A stretch of DNA of 64,000 nt from Candidatus Fraserbacteria bacterium (lineage in GTDB: Bacteria > Bipolaricaulota > Bipolaricaulia > RBG-16-55-9 > DRXL01): contig CAMTVK010000021.1 in the NCBI GenBank assembly GCA_947085185.1, positions 72,409 to 136,408 of the forward strand. The letters are read 5' to 3'. The translations under genes were made by a program, and so were the position numbers. Position 1 is the first letter of the stretch. The number at the start of each line of letters is the position of its first letter. The notes beneath the pieces are model-generated. The model was given only the letters and a program-made list of their open reading frames with translations. It made no database searches and was not told where the DNA came from. Shown here piece by piece: positions 17,268-26,994 of this stretch.

Positions 17268-18965
17268 ATGAGCCAAGCCCCCAAAGACTTCATCCGCGAG
17301 ATCATCGAAAACGATAGAAAAATGGGCAAGTACGGGGGAAGAGTCCACACGCGCTTTCCCCCTGAACCCAATGGATACCTGCACATCGGCCACGCCAAAA
17401 GCGTCTTGCTCAATTACTGGATCGCCCAAGAATTCGGAGGCAAGTTCAACCTGCGCTTCGACGACACCAACCCCGAAAAAGAAGAGCAAGAGTACGTGGA
17501 CGCCATCAAACGCGACCTGCGCTGGCTTGGCATCGACTGGGAAGATCGCGAATTCTACGCCTCGGATTATTTCGAGCAGCTCTATCAGTGGGCCGAAGAG
17601 CTCATCAAGAAGGGCAAAGCGTACGTGTGCGATCTCTCCCCACAAGAGATCAGCGAATACCGAGGCAAAGCGATCGTTCAAGACGGCAAGATCATCACCC
17701 CGCCGGGCAAAGAGAGCCCCTATCGGAATCGCTCCGTCGAAGAGAATCTCGAGCTGTTTCGGCGAATGCGCGCCGGAGAATTCCCCGACGGTGCCAAAAC
17801 GCTGCGCGCCAAGATCGACATGGCCCACCCGAACTTAAATATGCGCGACCCCGTCATGTATCGCATCATGCACGTCCCACACTATCGCACCGGCACGCAA
17901 TGGTGCATCTATCCGACCTATGACTGGGCGCACGGACAGTCGGACTCCATCGAAGGGATCACGCACTCCATCTGCACGTTAGAATTCGAAGATCATCGGC
18001 CCTTGTACGACTGGTTCTTGGAGCAGTTGGGGATTCATCATCCGCGACAGATCGAGTTCGCCCGGCTTAATCTCACGTATACCGTGATGAGCAAACGTCT
18101 GCTCTTGCAGCTCGTGCAGGAGGGCTACGTGCGCGGCTGGGATGATCCCAGAATGCCCACGCTCGCCGGGATGCGCCGGCGCGGCTACACCCCCGAAGCA
18201 ATCCACGAATTTGTCCGACGCGTTGGGGTCTCCAAGCGCGAGAGCATCACCGAGATAGAGCTGCTGGAGCACTGCGTCCGACAAGACTTAAATAAGCGCG
18301 CCCCGCGTCGCCTGGCCGTGCTCGACCCGCTCAAAGTCGTCATCACCAACTACCCCGACGGCCAAGTCGAATGGCTCGAGGCTCTCAATAACCCCGAAGA
18401 CCCTGGGGCCGGCACACGCAAGGTCCCGTTCTCTAAAGTCTTATATATCGAACGCGACGATTTTATGGAGAACCCACCGAAGGACTTCTATCGCTTGGCC
18501 CCCGGACGCGAAGTGCGCCTGCGCTATGCGTACTTCATCACGTGCGTGGACGTCCTCAAAGATTCCCAAGGGAACGTGATGGAGCTGCTCTGCACCTACG
18601 ATCCGGCGACGCGCGGGGGAGACGCGCCCGACGGGCGCAAAGTGAAAGCGACGATTCACTGGGTCTCAGCGCAGCACGCCGTCGACGCTGAAGTTCGTCT
18701 GTATGACCGTCTCTTCACCAAGCCCGATCCGTTGGATGTGCCCCAGGGCCACGACTGGAAGGAGAATATCAACCCCAATTCGCTCATAGTGCTGCAAAAC
18801 TGCAAGCTCGAGCCAAGCCTCACCGACGCCACAGTCGGAGATCGCTTCCAGTTTGAGCGCAAAGGGTACTTCTGCGTCGATCCGGATTCGACGGAGAAAA
18901 GGCTCATCTTCAACCGCACGGTGACGCTCAAGGGGGAATGGGAGAAAGTCAAACAGTCCAGCTAG
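17268..18965 (+). CDS. glnS: Glutamine--tRNA ligase
   Basis: [41 protein letters not shown]. Confidence 0.97.
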   Translation: MSQAPKDFIREIIENDRKMGKYGGRVHTRFPPEPNGYLHIGHAKSVLLNYWIAQEFGGKFNLRFDDTNPEKEEQEYVDAIKRDLRWLGIDWEDREFYASDYFEQLYQWAEELIKKGKAYVCDLSPQEISEYRGKAIVQDGKIITPPGKESPYRNRSVEENLELFRRMRAGEFPDGAKTLRAKIDMAHPNLNMRDPVMYRIMHVPHYRTGTQWCIYPTYDWAHGQSDSIEGITHSICTLEFEDHRPLYDWFLEQLGIHHPRQIEFARLNLTYTVMSKRLLLQLVQEGYVRGWDDPRMPTLAGMRRRGYTPEAIHEFVRRVGVSKRESITEIELLEHCVRQDLNKRAPRRLAVLDPLKVVITNYPDGQVEWLEALNNPEDPGAGTRKVPFSKVLYIERDDFMENPPKDFYRLAPGREVRLRYAYFITCVDVLKDSQGNVMELLCTYDPATRGGDAPDGRKVKATIHWVSAQHAVDAEVRLYDRLFTKPDPLDVPQGHDWKENINPNSLIVLQNCKLEPSLTDATVGDRFQFERKGYFCVDPDSTEKRLIFNRTVTLKGEWEKVKQSS

Positions 18966-18998
18966 CCCCGCGCGCTTCTTTGGAGTACAATACCCTCG

Positions 18999-19766
18999 AT
19001 GCGTGCGATCTCGATTGCCCCTGGACTGACACTGATAGACCTGGCGCTCTTCTTGCCCACCGAGGGAGTGCTGGCCATTGCCGACGTGCATTTGGGAATC
19101 GAAGACGCCCTTCGAGACGAGGGCATCCTCGTGCCCAGAGCCCATCTTGCTCAAGTGCAGCAGCGACTGGCGCGGATCTTCCAGGAGCTGCACATCACGC
19201 CCTCGCATCCTCTGCGCAAGATTCTTATCAACGGCGACCTGCGCCATCAGTTTGGGCCATGGTCGCGCATCGAACACCGGGAGTCCCAAGAATTCTTGCG
19301 TTGGCTGGAGCACTGGGCAGACCAGATCATTCTCGTTGAGGGCAACCATGATCGCTCGCTCCAGAGATGGGGCAGCGAGCGTGTGACCGTCGTCAAGAGT
19401 CATATCGAGAACGATTGTTGGTTCGTGCATGGGGATGGGGAAGTCTCCCCTCCCCGTGTCAGGGAGGGGCTGGGGGAGAGGTCTCCATGGATCGTCATCG
19501 GCCATGAGCATCCCGCCGTCGGATTGAGAGACCCCATCACGCGGCGCGTCGAAGTCTACAAGTGCTTTCTTGTCGGAAGATTTGCGCAAAAAAATCTCGT
19601 GGTGTTGCCCTCGTTCAATCAGCTCGTTCGGGGAAGCGACGTGCTCACAGAACAGCCCCTCTCGCCGTTTGTGCAGCAGAGCGATCTCGAAGATTTTTCG
19701 GTCTACGTCGTCTCTGACGCCGGGGATATCTATGAATTTGGCCCGCTGCGCCGATTGCTCTTATGA
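18999..19766 (+). CDS. Calcineurin-like metallophosphoesterase (PdeM/archaeal-type)
   Basis: ADVHLG, NGDLRH, GNHD, HGD, GHEHPA, LPSFN. Confidence 0.85.
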   Translation: MRAISIAPGLTLIDLALFLPTEGVLAIADVHLGIEDALRDEGILVPRAHLAQVQQRLARIFQELHITPSHPLRKILINGDLRHQFGPWSRIEHRESQEFLRWLEHWADQIILVEGNHDRSLQRWGSERVTVVKSHIENDCWFVHGDGEVSPPRVREGLGERSPWIVIGHEHPAVGLRDPITRRVEVYKCFLVGRFAQKNLVVLPSFNQLVRGSDVLTEQPLSPFVQQSDLEDFSVYVVSDAGDIYEFGPLRRLLL

Positions 19767-21031
19767 CCTACGAAGCGATGTTCCAGAAGCTCTATAATCT
19801 TAAGGGGGCTGGGCTGGATCTGGAGCGCATCTTAAGCGCTCTTGGCGCCCCACACAAGAGCTTTCGCGCGGTGCGCGTGGCGGGCACGAACGGGAAGGGC
19901 TCCGTCTGCGCGTTTCTCGCTCAGATCCTCCAAGAGTCTGGGTTCCGAGTAGGGCTCTTCACATCGCCCCATCTGGTGCGCCCTGAGGAGCGCATTCGTA
20001 TCAACAATCGCGAGATCTCACCCCAAGAGTTTCACGCGCAGTTCGAGCGCATCTGGGCAGCAATTGAAGCGTTCTATGGGAGCGCCAGTGAACACTATGC
20101 GCGCTTCTTTGAAGTGCTTACGTTGATGGCCTTAGATTACTTTCGCAGCCAGAGCGTAGACTGGGCGGTGATCGAGTGTGGGGTGGGGGCGCGCAAAGAC
20201 GCCACGCGCGTCGTCTCTTCTGCAATCTCGGTCTTGACCAACGTCGAGCTCGATCATCGCGATTCGCTGGGGGAGACGATCGCGCAGATCGCTTATCAGA
20301 AAGCTGCCGTGGTCTCTCAGGGGGGGATACTGATCACAGCCGAGACCAAGCCCGAAGCGCTGAGAGAGATCGAGCGCGAGTGCCATCTCAAGAATGCTCA
20401 AGTGATTCGGCTTGATCTTTCAGGGCTGCACCCCACATCTTACAGTTGGGATGGCCAACGCTTCGCGTGGCGGGAATGGGACGATCTAGAGATCTCACTG
20501 TTGGGGAGCTATCAGCTTGGCAATGCCGTCTTGGCGTTGGAGGCCGCGCGCCTTTTGGGGATCTCAGAGAGCGCGATTCGGGCGGGGCTCCGCAAGACGC
20601 GCTGGCCCGGACGGATGGAGTTGCTCCAAAAAAATCCCTATGTTATGCTAGATGGCGCGAAGAACCCTGCTGGGGTTCGGGCCCTGGTGAGCGCGTTAGA
20701 ATCGCTAGAGTATAAGAGACTGATCGTGATTTTAGGGATATCAGACCGGAAGGATGCCGAAGCGATGATCCGGGAGATCGCACCGCGGGCGTCGTCGGTG
20801 ATCGTCACGCGCGCGGCCTATCGTGGGATTGATCCAGCGCAGCTGGCTCTGCTCATCCGCCCCTATGGGGTGCCCTATGCGTGTGCGGCTACGTGCGACC
20901 AAGCGCTCCAGAGCGCGTTATCCCAAGCTCATGAGGACGATCTCATCTGCGTGACCGGCTCGCTCTTTGTTGTTGGCGAGATCCGAGCGCGTTGGAAAGG
21001 ACTGACACATTCTGTCAAAAATCTCCATTGA
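19763..21031 (+). CDS. folC: Folylpolyglutamate/dihydrofolate synthase
   Basis: VAGTNGKGS, FTSPHL..ERI, WPGRME, TGSLFVVG. Confidence 0.93.
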   Translation: MTYEAMFQKLYNLKGAGLDLERILSALGAPHKSFRAVRVAGTNGKGSVCAFLAQILQESGFRVGLFTSPHLVRPEERIRINNREISPQEFHAQFERIWAAIEAFYGSASEHYARFFEVLTLMALDYFRSQSVDWAVIECGVGARKDATRVVSSAISVLTNVELDHRDSLGETIAQIAYQKAAVVSQGGILITAETKPEALREIERECHLKNAQVIRLDLSGLHPTSYSWDGQRFAWREWDDLEISLLGSYQLGNAVLALEAARLLGISESAIRAGLRKTRWPGRMELLQKNPYVMLDGAKNPAGVRALVSALESLEYKRLIVILGISDRKDAEAMIREIAPRASSVIVTRAAYRGIDPAQLALLIRPYGVPYACAATCDQALQSALSQAHEDDLICVTGSLFVVGEIRARWKGLTHSVKNLH

Positions 21032-21374
21032 GAACTTGCAGCTTTTTGGGCATCACGGCGTGCGCGACGACGAGCGCGAGCGCGGCCAGCTCTTCTCTAT
21101 TGACGCTGAGATTGAATTCGACTTCCCTCAACACGATGATCTCTCTGAAACAGTAGACTATACTCACGTGATCGAGCGCATCTGTGAGCTCAACGAAACG
21201 CACACGTTTCGCTTGATCGAGACGTTCGCACACGCGATCGCTGAGAGAATTCTGAGAGATTTTCGGCAGATACGGAACGTCCGAATTCGGGTGAGGAAGC
21301 TCAATCCGGCGATAGCTTCTGGGATCACTCTCGACGCCGTAGCTGCCGAAGTGATACGAACGAGTTCCACCTGA
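21009..21374 (+). CDS. folB: Dihydroneopterin aldolase; start probably non-canonical (ATT 21009 or CTG 21012)
   Basis: KISIENLQLFGHHGV..ER..GQ, DDLSETVDY, LIETFA. Confidence 0.88.
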   Translation: MLSKISIENLQLFGHHGVRDDERERGQLFSIDAEIEFDFPQHDDLSETVDYTHVIERICELNETHTFRLIETFAHAIAERILRDFRQIRNVRIRVRKLNPAIASGITLDAVAAEVIRTSST

Positions 21375-21385
21375 GCACCGTCTGT

Positions 21386-21892
21386 ATGAGAGTATTTATC
21401 GGCCTGGGGTCGAACCTGGGCAAGCGGGAGGATTTGATCGAGAGGGCTCTTCTGTTGCTGGCGCAGACGCCCGGGATTGTGCTGCGTCGGCAAGCTGGGC
21501 TCTATGAGACCGAGCCCGTGGGCGTGCCTGATCAACCCTGGTTTCTCAATACGGTCATCGAGATCGAGACCGGCTTGGCTCCCCGTGAGCTCTTGGCGGT
21601 GTGCAAGCAGATCGAGCGTTCGTTGGGCAGAGTCCCCCGAGAGCGAGGGGGCCCACGCGAGATCGATCTAGATATCTTGCTCTACGACGACCTCATCGTG
21701 GACGAAGAAGACCTTCAGATTCCCCATGCGCAGCTGCACCGGCGGCGCTTCGTGCTCGTGCCGCTATGTGAGATCGCCCCGAGGGCCGTTCATCCGATCT
21801 TGCACCAGACGGTCGCTCAATTGCTCCAGAGCTTGGACGACCCCAAGGAGGTGAGGCCCCTACGATCACGGAGATCCTTATCGAAACAGTAG
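21386..21892 (+). CDS. folK: 2-amino-4-hydroxy-6-hydroxymethyldihydropteridine diphosphokinase
   Basis: IGLGSNLG, YETEP, PREIDLDIL, IPH..RRFVLVPL. Confidence 0.95.
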   Translation: MRVFIGLGSNLGKREDLIERALLLLAQTPGIVLRRQAGLYETEPVGVPDQPWFLNTVIEIETGLAPRELLAVCKQIERSLGRVPRERGGPREIDLDILLYDDLIVDEEDLQIPHAQLHRRRFVLVPLCEIAPRAVHPILHQTVAQLLQSLDDPKEVRPLRSRRSLSKQ

Positions 21893-23076
21893 CCCCAACG
21901 ACACGCATCGCGCTGCTGGAGGATGGGCGCCTCATGGAGATTCACTATGACGACCCCAAGCGCATCTTGGGCAATATTTATAAGGGCATCGTGCGGGATA
22001 TCTTGCCGGGGATCAACGCGGCGTTCGTGGATGTGGGGCTCGATGAAAAGCTCTTTCTCTCGATGAAAGAGCTCAGTGACAATCTCTGGCGCGAGCATCG
22101 TCTGCGCAAAGGGCAGAGCCCGCAGATCCAAAAACTACTCCAGAGCGGCCAACAGATCATTTTGCAAGTGAGGCGTGAGGGGATCGGCACGAAAAACCCC
22201 CAAGGGACGATGAAGATCAGTCTTCCTGGGCGCTACTGGGTCTTCCTGCCCACGGACAAGCGCTTAGGGGTTTCGCGGCGCGTAACGGACGACCATGAGA
22301 GCCGACGGCTCAAGCGCATCGCGAAGAAGCTCAAGCGTGAGGGCGAGGGACTGATCGCACGCACCGCAGCTCAAGGCGCTTCTGAAGAAGACCTCGAGCG
22401 AGACTTTAACTATTTGCTAGGGACGTGGAAGGGGATTGAGGAGCAGGCGCAGCGTGCTCAAGCTCCAGCGCTGCTCTATCGCGGGCTCGATCTCGTGCGC
22501 GCGTTCTTGCGGGATCGCCTGCTTGACGACGTGCAGCGCGTCGTAGTGGATAGCGAGAAGACGTACCAAGAGATCAAAGATTTTTTGAACTATATGCACA
22601 TGGAGGAGTTTCTCGATCGCATCGAGCTCTATCGTGGGAAGCGGCCGCTCTTTGAAGCCCGTGGGGTGGAGGAACAGCTGCGGGAGAGCTTACAGCCGCG
22701 GGTGCGCTTGCCGGGGGGCGGCTCGCTCGTGATCGCCGAGACAGAAGCGCTCACAGCGATTGACGTCAACACCGGCAGCGATATTAAGTATCCCAACCAA
22801 CACCAGGCGATCCTCAACACCAACTTAGAAGCAGCGGTGGAGATCCCCCGACAATTGCGGTTGCGCAAGCTGAGCGGGATCATCATCGCCGATTTTGTGG
22901 ACATGAAGCGAAAAGATCACATTGAGAGAGTGATTAAAAAACTCCAAGAGGAGCTGAAGAAGGATCGCGTTCCTGCGGACTTTGTGGACATCACGAAGCT
23001 GGGGCTGATCGAGATGACGCGCAAGCGCGAGGGGGAGAGTTTAGCAGGGATGCTCGAGGAGGAAGACGAGTCTTGA
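21862..23076 (+). CDS. rng: Ribonuclease E/G family; start probably non-canonical (ACG 21862 or ATC 21865)
   Basis: EILIE...TRIALLEDGRL N-terminus lies upstream of the first ATG. GNIYKG, AAFVDVG, TEALTAIDVNTG, GIIIADFVDM, EMTRKR. Confidence 0.9.
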   Translation, partial: TITEILIETVAPTTRIALLEDGRLMEIHYDDPKRILGNIYKGIVRDILPGINAAFVDVGLDEKLFLSMKELSDNLWREHRLRKGQSPQIQKLLQSGQQIILQVRREGIGTKNPQGTMKISLPGRYWVFLPTDKRLGVSRRVTDDHESRRLKRIAKKLKREGEGLIARTAAQGASEEDLERDFNYLLGTWKGIEEQAQRAQAPALLYRGLDLVRAFLRDRLLDDVQRVVVDSEKTYQEIKDFLNYMHMEEFLDRIELYRGKRPLFEARGVEEQLRESLQPRVRLPGGGSLVIAETEALTAIDVNTGSDIKYPNQHQAILNTNLEAAVEIPRQLRLRKLSGIIIADFVDMKRKDHIERVIKKLQEELKKDRVPADFVDITKLGLIEMTRKREGESLAGMLEEEDES

Positions 23077-23137
23077 AAGTGCTGACAAAACACGCTAAGA
23101 TATCTGGCCTTGAACTGGAGACTCAGAACTGTCTCTT

Positions 23138-23212
23138 GGGCGCATAGCTCAGCGGGAGAGCGCCTGCTTCACACGCAGGAGGTCCGAGGTTCAAGTCCTC
23201 GTGCGCCCACCA
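23138..23212 (+). tRNA. tRNA-Val(CAC)
   Basis: GGGCGCA/TGCGCCC acceptor stem with encoded CCA, anticodon arm CCTGC-TTCACAC-GCAGG, T-arm CGAGG-TTCAAGT-CCTCG. Confidence 0.97.
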
Positions 23213-24765
23213 TACTCATGCTCGCGGGCTGTCCCTTTGGGCAGAAAGAGCGTCACGATCAGGGCTAAGGCTGCCACAACGAGCCCAACGACAAATACCC
23301 AGTGGAGCGCCGTCGCGAGGGTCTGTTGGAGCGCTTCTAAGACGGGAGGCGGAAGCTGCGCCCGCGCCGCAGGGCTCAGGAGCGCATCGGGATGATGCAA
23401 GAGATCCATAAGCTTCTCCGGGAATGCGTTCGCTTGCACGCGCATCTGCGCGCTCAAGACCGCGCCCATCACTGCAACCCCAACGGCGCCGCCAATGGAC
23501 CGAAAGAAGACTGTGCCCGAAGTCGCGATCCCCAACTGATCGCGCGGCACAGAAGTCTGAACAGCAATGAGCAACGTGACCATCGAGAACCCCATGCCCG
23601 CCCCAGCTATCGCCAAGTACCCCATCACGGCCAGCCGGCTCGCTTGAGCGCCCAGCGTAGCCAGCCCTATGAAGCCCACTACTAATAAGCCAACGCCAAG
23701 GAGCGCCGTGGTGCGGTAGCCGATCTTGAAAATCATACGACTCCCCACGATAGAGAACCCCACCCAGCAAAGCATGAACGGCGTCAGTGCCGTGCCCGCT
23801 TCGGTCGCAGTCGTCCCGATCACCCCTTGGACGAAGAGCGGGATGAACGAGAGCGAGCCGAACATCGCCATGCCCACAAAGAAGCCGTTCGCACAGGAGA
23901 CGCTAAAAATTCTGTGACGAAAGAGCGAGAGCGGCACAATGGGCTCTGCGGCGCGCCGCTCCAGAGCAAGAAAGAGCACCATGAAGAGAGCACAGACGCT
24001 CCAGAGCCCCACCATGACTGCCTCCCCCAAACCCTGCTGCCCTAAGGTGATCAAGAGCAACGTCACAAGGGCCGTGAGCGTGAGAGCTCCGGCGTAGTCT
24101 ATAGAGACGTTCTGTCGATGGTCGCGCGGCTCGACGAGCGCCAGGCCGATCAGCAGGGCTGCCGCGATCCCAAAGGGAATATTGATATAAAAGACCCAGC
24201 GCCACGAGAGCTGGTCCGTGATAAATCCGCCAATAAGCGGCCCGATCATGCTCGCCAGCCCCCAGACGCCGCTGAAAAACCCTTGCATCCGCGCGCGCTT
24301 CTCTAGGGGATAGATCTCGCCAATGATGGTCATGCCCAAGGGCAAGAGCGCTCCCGCGCCCAAGCCTTGGATCGCACGGAAGAGCACGAGCTGGGCCATT
24401 GAGGTCGCCGCGCCTGAGAGCGCCGATCCCACAAGAAAGATGGCAATGCCCGCGAGGATAAAGCGCTTGCGCCCATAGAGATCCGACAGCCGCCCCCACA
24501 ACGGAACAGTGACCGTGGACGTCAAAATATACGCGGAGAAGACCCAGCTGTAGATGCGCAAGCCCCCTAAACTCGCGATGACCGTGGGCATGGCCGTGCC
24601 CACGACGGTCAACTCCAGAGCTCCCAAGAAGAGCCCAAGCATGACGCCGAGCGTGACGATCTTCTGCTGGGAAGGCGTCAGCGGGACTGGCTCAGCAACA
24701 GCCCTCTCGACGGCAGCCTTCGACTTTGAAGAAGCAACTTCTGTGGGCGATGACGATTCGTTCAT
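23191..24765 (-). CDS. MFS multidrug efflux transporter, DHA2 (EmrB/QacA) family
   Basis: About 14 TM helices. WGRLSDLYGRK, FRAIQGLGAG, GPLIGG...WRWVFYINIP. Confidence 0.92.
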   Translation of the reverse strand: MNESSSPTEVASSKSKAAVERAVAEPVPLTPSQQKIVTLGVMLGLFLGALELTVVGTAMPTVIASLGGLRIYSWVFSAYILTSTVTVPLWGRLSDLYGRKRFILAGIAIFLVGSALSGAATSMAQLVLFRAIQGLGAGALLPLGMTIIGEIYPLEKRARMQGFFSGVWGLASMIGPLIGGFITDQLSWRWVFYINIPFGIAAALLIGLALVEPRDHRQNVSIDYAGALTLTALVTLLLITLGQQGLGEAVMVGLWSVCALFMVLFLALERRAAEPIVPLSLFRHRIFSVSCANGFFVGMAMFGSLSFIPLFVQGVIGTTATEAGTALTPFMLCWVGFSIVGSRMIFKIGYRTTALLGVGLLVVGFIGLATLGAQASRLAVMGYLAIAGAGMGFSMVTLLIAVQTSVPRDQLGIATSGTVFFRSIGGAVGVAVMGAVLSAQMRVQANAFPEKLMDLLHHPDALLSPAARAQLPPPVLEALQQTLATALHWVFVVGLVVAALALIVTLFLPKGTAREHEYGGRTRT

Positions 24766-24800
24766 AGGGAGAGCGAGTATAGCGGAAAGAGCTCGAGCGC

Positions 24801-25619
24801 TCAAGTCCTAAAGCGATTGATCTCATCTCGAAGGGCCAGCGCTGCTGTTCGGGCGGCTTGCGCAAAATCTTCGCCCTGGGACGCAAAAAGCACGCCGCGC
24901 GAGACCGCAATAATCCCGAGCTCTTTTTGGGAGTTTACGCTGTTTTTGACAGCGTGCTCAAGGTCGCCCCCCTGCGTGCCCACGCCCGGCACTAAGATGG
25001 ACATCTCGTCGCCGATGATCTGCCGAACAAGAGAGAGCTCGTGCGGGGCCGTCGCCCCAACGACAACACCTACGTTCTTGCGGGTATTCCAGTGGCGAGC
25101 TTTCTCGGCTATGTGCTGATAGAGGGGCTTGCCCCCACAGGTGAGCTCTTGGAAATCCCGCGCTCCGGGGTTGGACGTGCGCACCAAGAGAAACGTGCAC
25201 TTCTCTGAGTATTCAAGAAACGGCGCGACCGAATCGAAGCCCATCAAGGGGTTGACGGTCACGGCGTCGAAGCGATAGTGTTCAAAGAGCGCTCTGGCGT
25301 AAGCGCGCGCAGTGTGCTCAATGTCGCCGCGCTTGGCGTCGGCAATGACTGGGATCTCAGGGGGTATCAGCTCGCGCGTGCGAGAGAGCATCTCTAATCC
25401 TAGGGGGCCGAGCATCTCATAGAACGCCAGATTGGGCTTGTACGCACAGACGAGATCGGCCGTCGCTTCGATGATCGCTCTATTAAATTCTAAGAGGGCT
25501 TTGACGCCGTGGCGCTCGCGCAAAAATGCAGGAAGTCTCGACAGCTCTGGATCGAGCCCGACACAGAGCCAACTGTTATTTCGATGTGCTGCAGCGCGAA
25601 GCTTTTCCACAAAGATCAT
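24801..25619 (-). CDS. pyrF: Orotidine-5'-phosphate decarboxylase (type 2)
   Basis: LCVGLDP, YKPNLAF, DAKRGDI, RTSNPG, LVPGVGTQGG. Confidence 0.95.
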   Translation of the reverse strand: MIFVEKLRAAAHRNNSWLCVGLDPELSRLPAFLRERHGVKALLEFNRAIIEATADLVCAYKPNLAFYEMLGPLGLEMLSRTRELIPPEIPVIADAKRGDIEHTARAYARALFEHYRFDAVTVNPLMGFDSVAPFLEYSEKCTFLLVRTSNPGARDFQELTCGGKPLYQHIAEKARHWNTRKNVGVVVGATAPHELSLVRQIIGDEMSILVPGVGTQGGDLEHAVKNSVNSQKELGIIAVSRGVLFASQGEDFAQAARTAALALRDEINRFRT

Positions 25620-25644
25620 GGTCGCTCTCCCCGGACCAGAGTAT

Positions 25645-25679
25645 AACTTGTAACTTGGAACTTTTCACTTTAAACTCTC
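25645..25679. repeat. Heptamer tandem repeat (AACTTNN x5)
   Basis: aacttgt aacttgg aactttt cacttta aactctc. Confidence 0.55.
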
Positions 25680-25683
25680 TCGT

Positions 25684-26994
25684 ATGCGTGTGGTGATCAT
25701 TGGGGCGGGGGAGGTGGGGCGGAGCATCGCTGCCGCCCTGCAAACAGATCACGATGTCGTGGTCATCGAAAAAGACCCGGAACGACTTCAGCTTCTGCAA
25801 GAGCTCGACGTGCTAGGAATTTCTGGGAACGGCGCGAGCTTAAAGACCCTCAAGGACGCCGGGGCCGACAGAGCCGATCTTGCGATCGCGAGCACAGATA
25901 TTGATGAGGTCAACATCGTTGCCTGCGCCGCGGCCAAGCAATTGGGCACAAAAATTACCGTTGCCCGCGTCCAAGACGCCGAGTATCTGCAGACCTGGAA
26001 GCGCGGCTATCTCGGGGTCGACGAGATGGTCTGCAGTGAACTGATCACATCTCACGCGATCGCTGATGTGATTGGGCTGCGCGGGGCGAGGCTCTCTGAT
26101 GAGTTTGCCAACGGGAAGATCTTAATGACCGAGACCGTCGTTGAAGAGAACTCGCCGCTCATTGGGCTGCGCCTGCGCGAAGCTCTCATTCCCCCCCAGT
26201 GCAACGTGGCCAGCATCATTCGGGGAAATTCTGTGATCATCCCCCATGGGGACGACCTCTTGCTTGCGGCCGATCGGCTGGTGCTCATTGGGACACCAGA
26301 AGCCGTCCATGAGTTTCACCGTCGGCTGAGTCTCTCTCCCCCGGCAAAGGAGGTGCTGATCGTGGGAGGGGGTCGGATCGGCTTCCGGTTGGCTCAGACT
26401 TTGCAGACCCGCGGCTTAAAACCCAAGCTCATCGAGCCTGACGAGGAGCGCAGCCGTTGGCTTGCCGAGAACCTCCCCCACACTCTAGTCTTTCATGGTG
26501 ACGGCACAGATATAGAACTGCTCGAGCGCGAGGGGCTCCATCGTTGCGACGTCGCGGTGAGCGTCATTGGAACGGACGAGCGCAATCTCCTCTGTGGGCT
26601 GCTGCTCAAGCGCATGGGCGTCTCGCAAGTGATCGTCCGCGTGGAAGACCCGAATTTCATAGCGATCTTTGAGCGCGTCGGCATCGATATTGCGATCAAC
26701 CCTCGGCGGCTGATCGCAGAGGAGATCATTGGGTTTACGCGGGGGCGGATCGAGCGCGCGCTCTCTCTTGAAGAGGACCGCGCGGAAGTGCTGGAGATCG
26801 AAGTCTCTCAACAAAGCCCGCTGATCGGAGTGAAGCTTGCGCGTGCTCCGCTGCCTGTCGGGGTGCTGATCGGCGCGATCGTCCGTGAAGGGCGCGTGAT
26901 CATTCCGCGTGGGACCGATGCGCTCCAGCCCGGAGATCACGTGATCGTCTTCAGCACCAAAGAAGCTGCCCCTCAGATTGAGAAGCTCCTATGA
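25684..26994 (+). CDS. trkA: Trk potassium uptake protein TrkA
   Basis: Two RCK domains (IIGAGEVG, IVGGGRIG). Confidence 0.93.
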   Translation: MRVVIIGAGEVGRSIAAALQTDHDVVVIEKDPERLQLLQELDVLGISGNGASLKTLKDAGADRADLAIASTDIDEVNIVACAAAKQLGTKITVARVQDAEYLQTWKRGYLGVDEMVCSELITSHAIADVIGLRGARLSDEFANGKILMTETVVEENSPLIGLRLREALIPPQCNVASIIRGNSVIIPHGDDLLLAADRLVLIGTPEAVHEFHRRLSLSPPAKEVLIVGGGRIGFRLAQTLQTRGLKPKLIEPDEERSRWLAENLPHTLVFHGDGTDIELLEREGLHRCDVAVSVIGTDERNLLCGLLLKRMGVSQVIVRVEDPNFIAIFERVGIDIAINPRRLIAEEIIGFTRGRIERALSLEEDRAEVLEIEVSQQSPLIGVKLARAPLPVGVLIGAIVREGRVIIPRGTDALQPGDHVIVFSTKEAAPQIEKLL

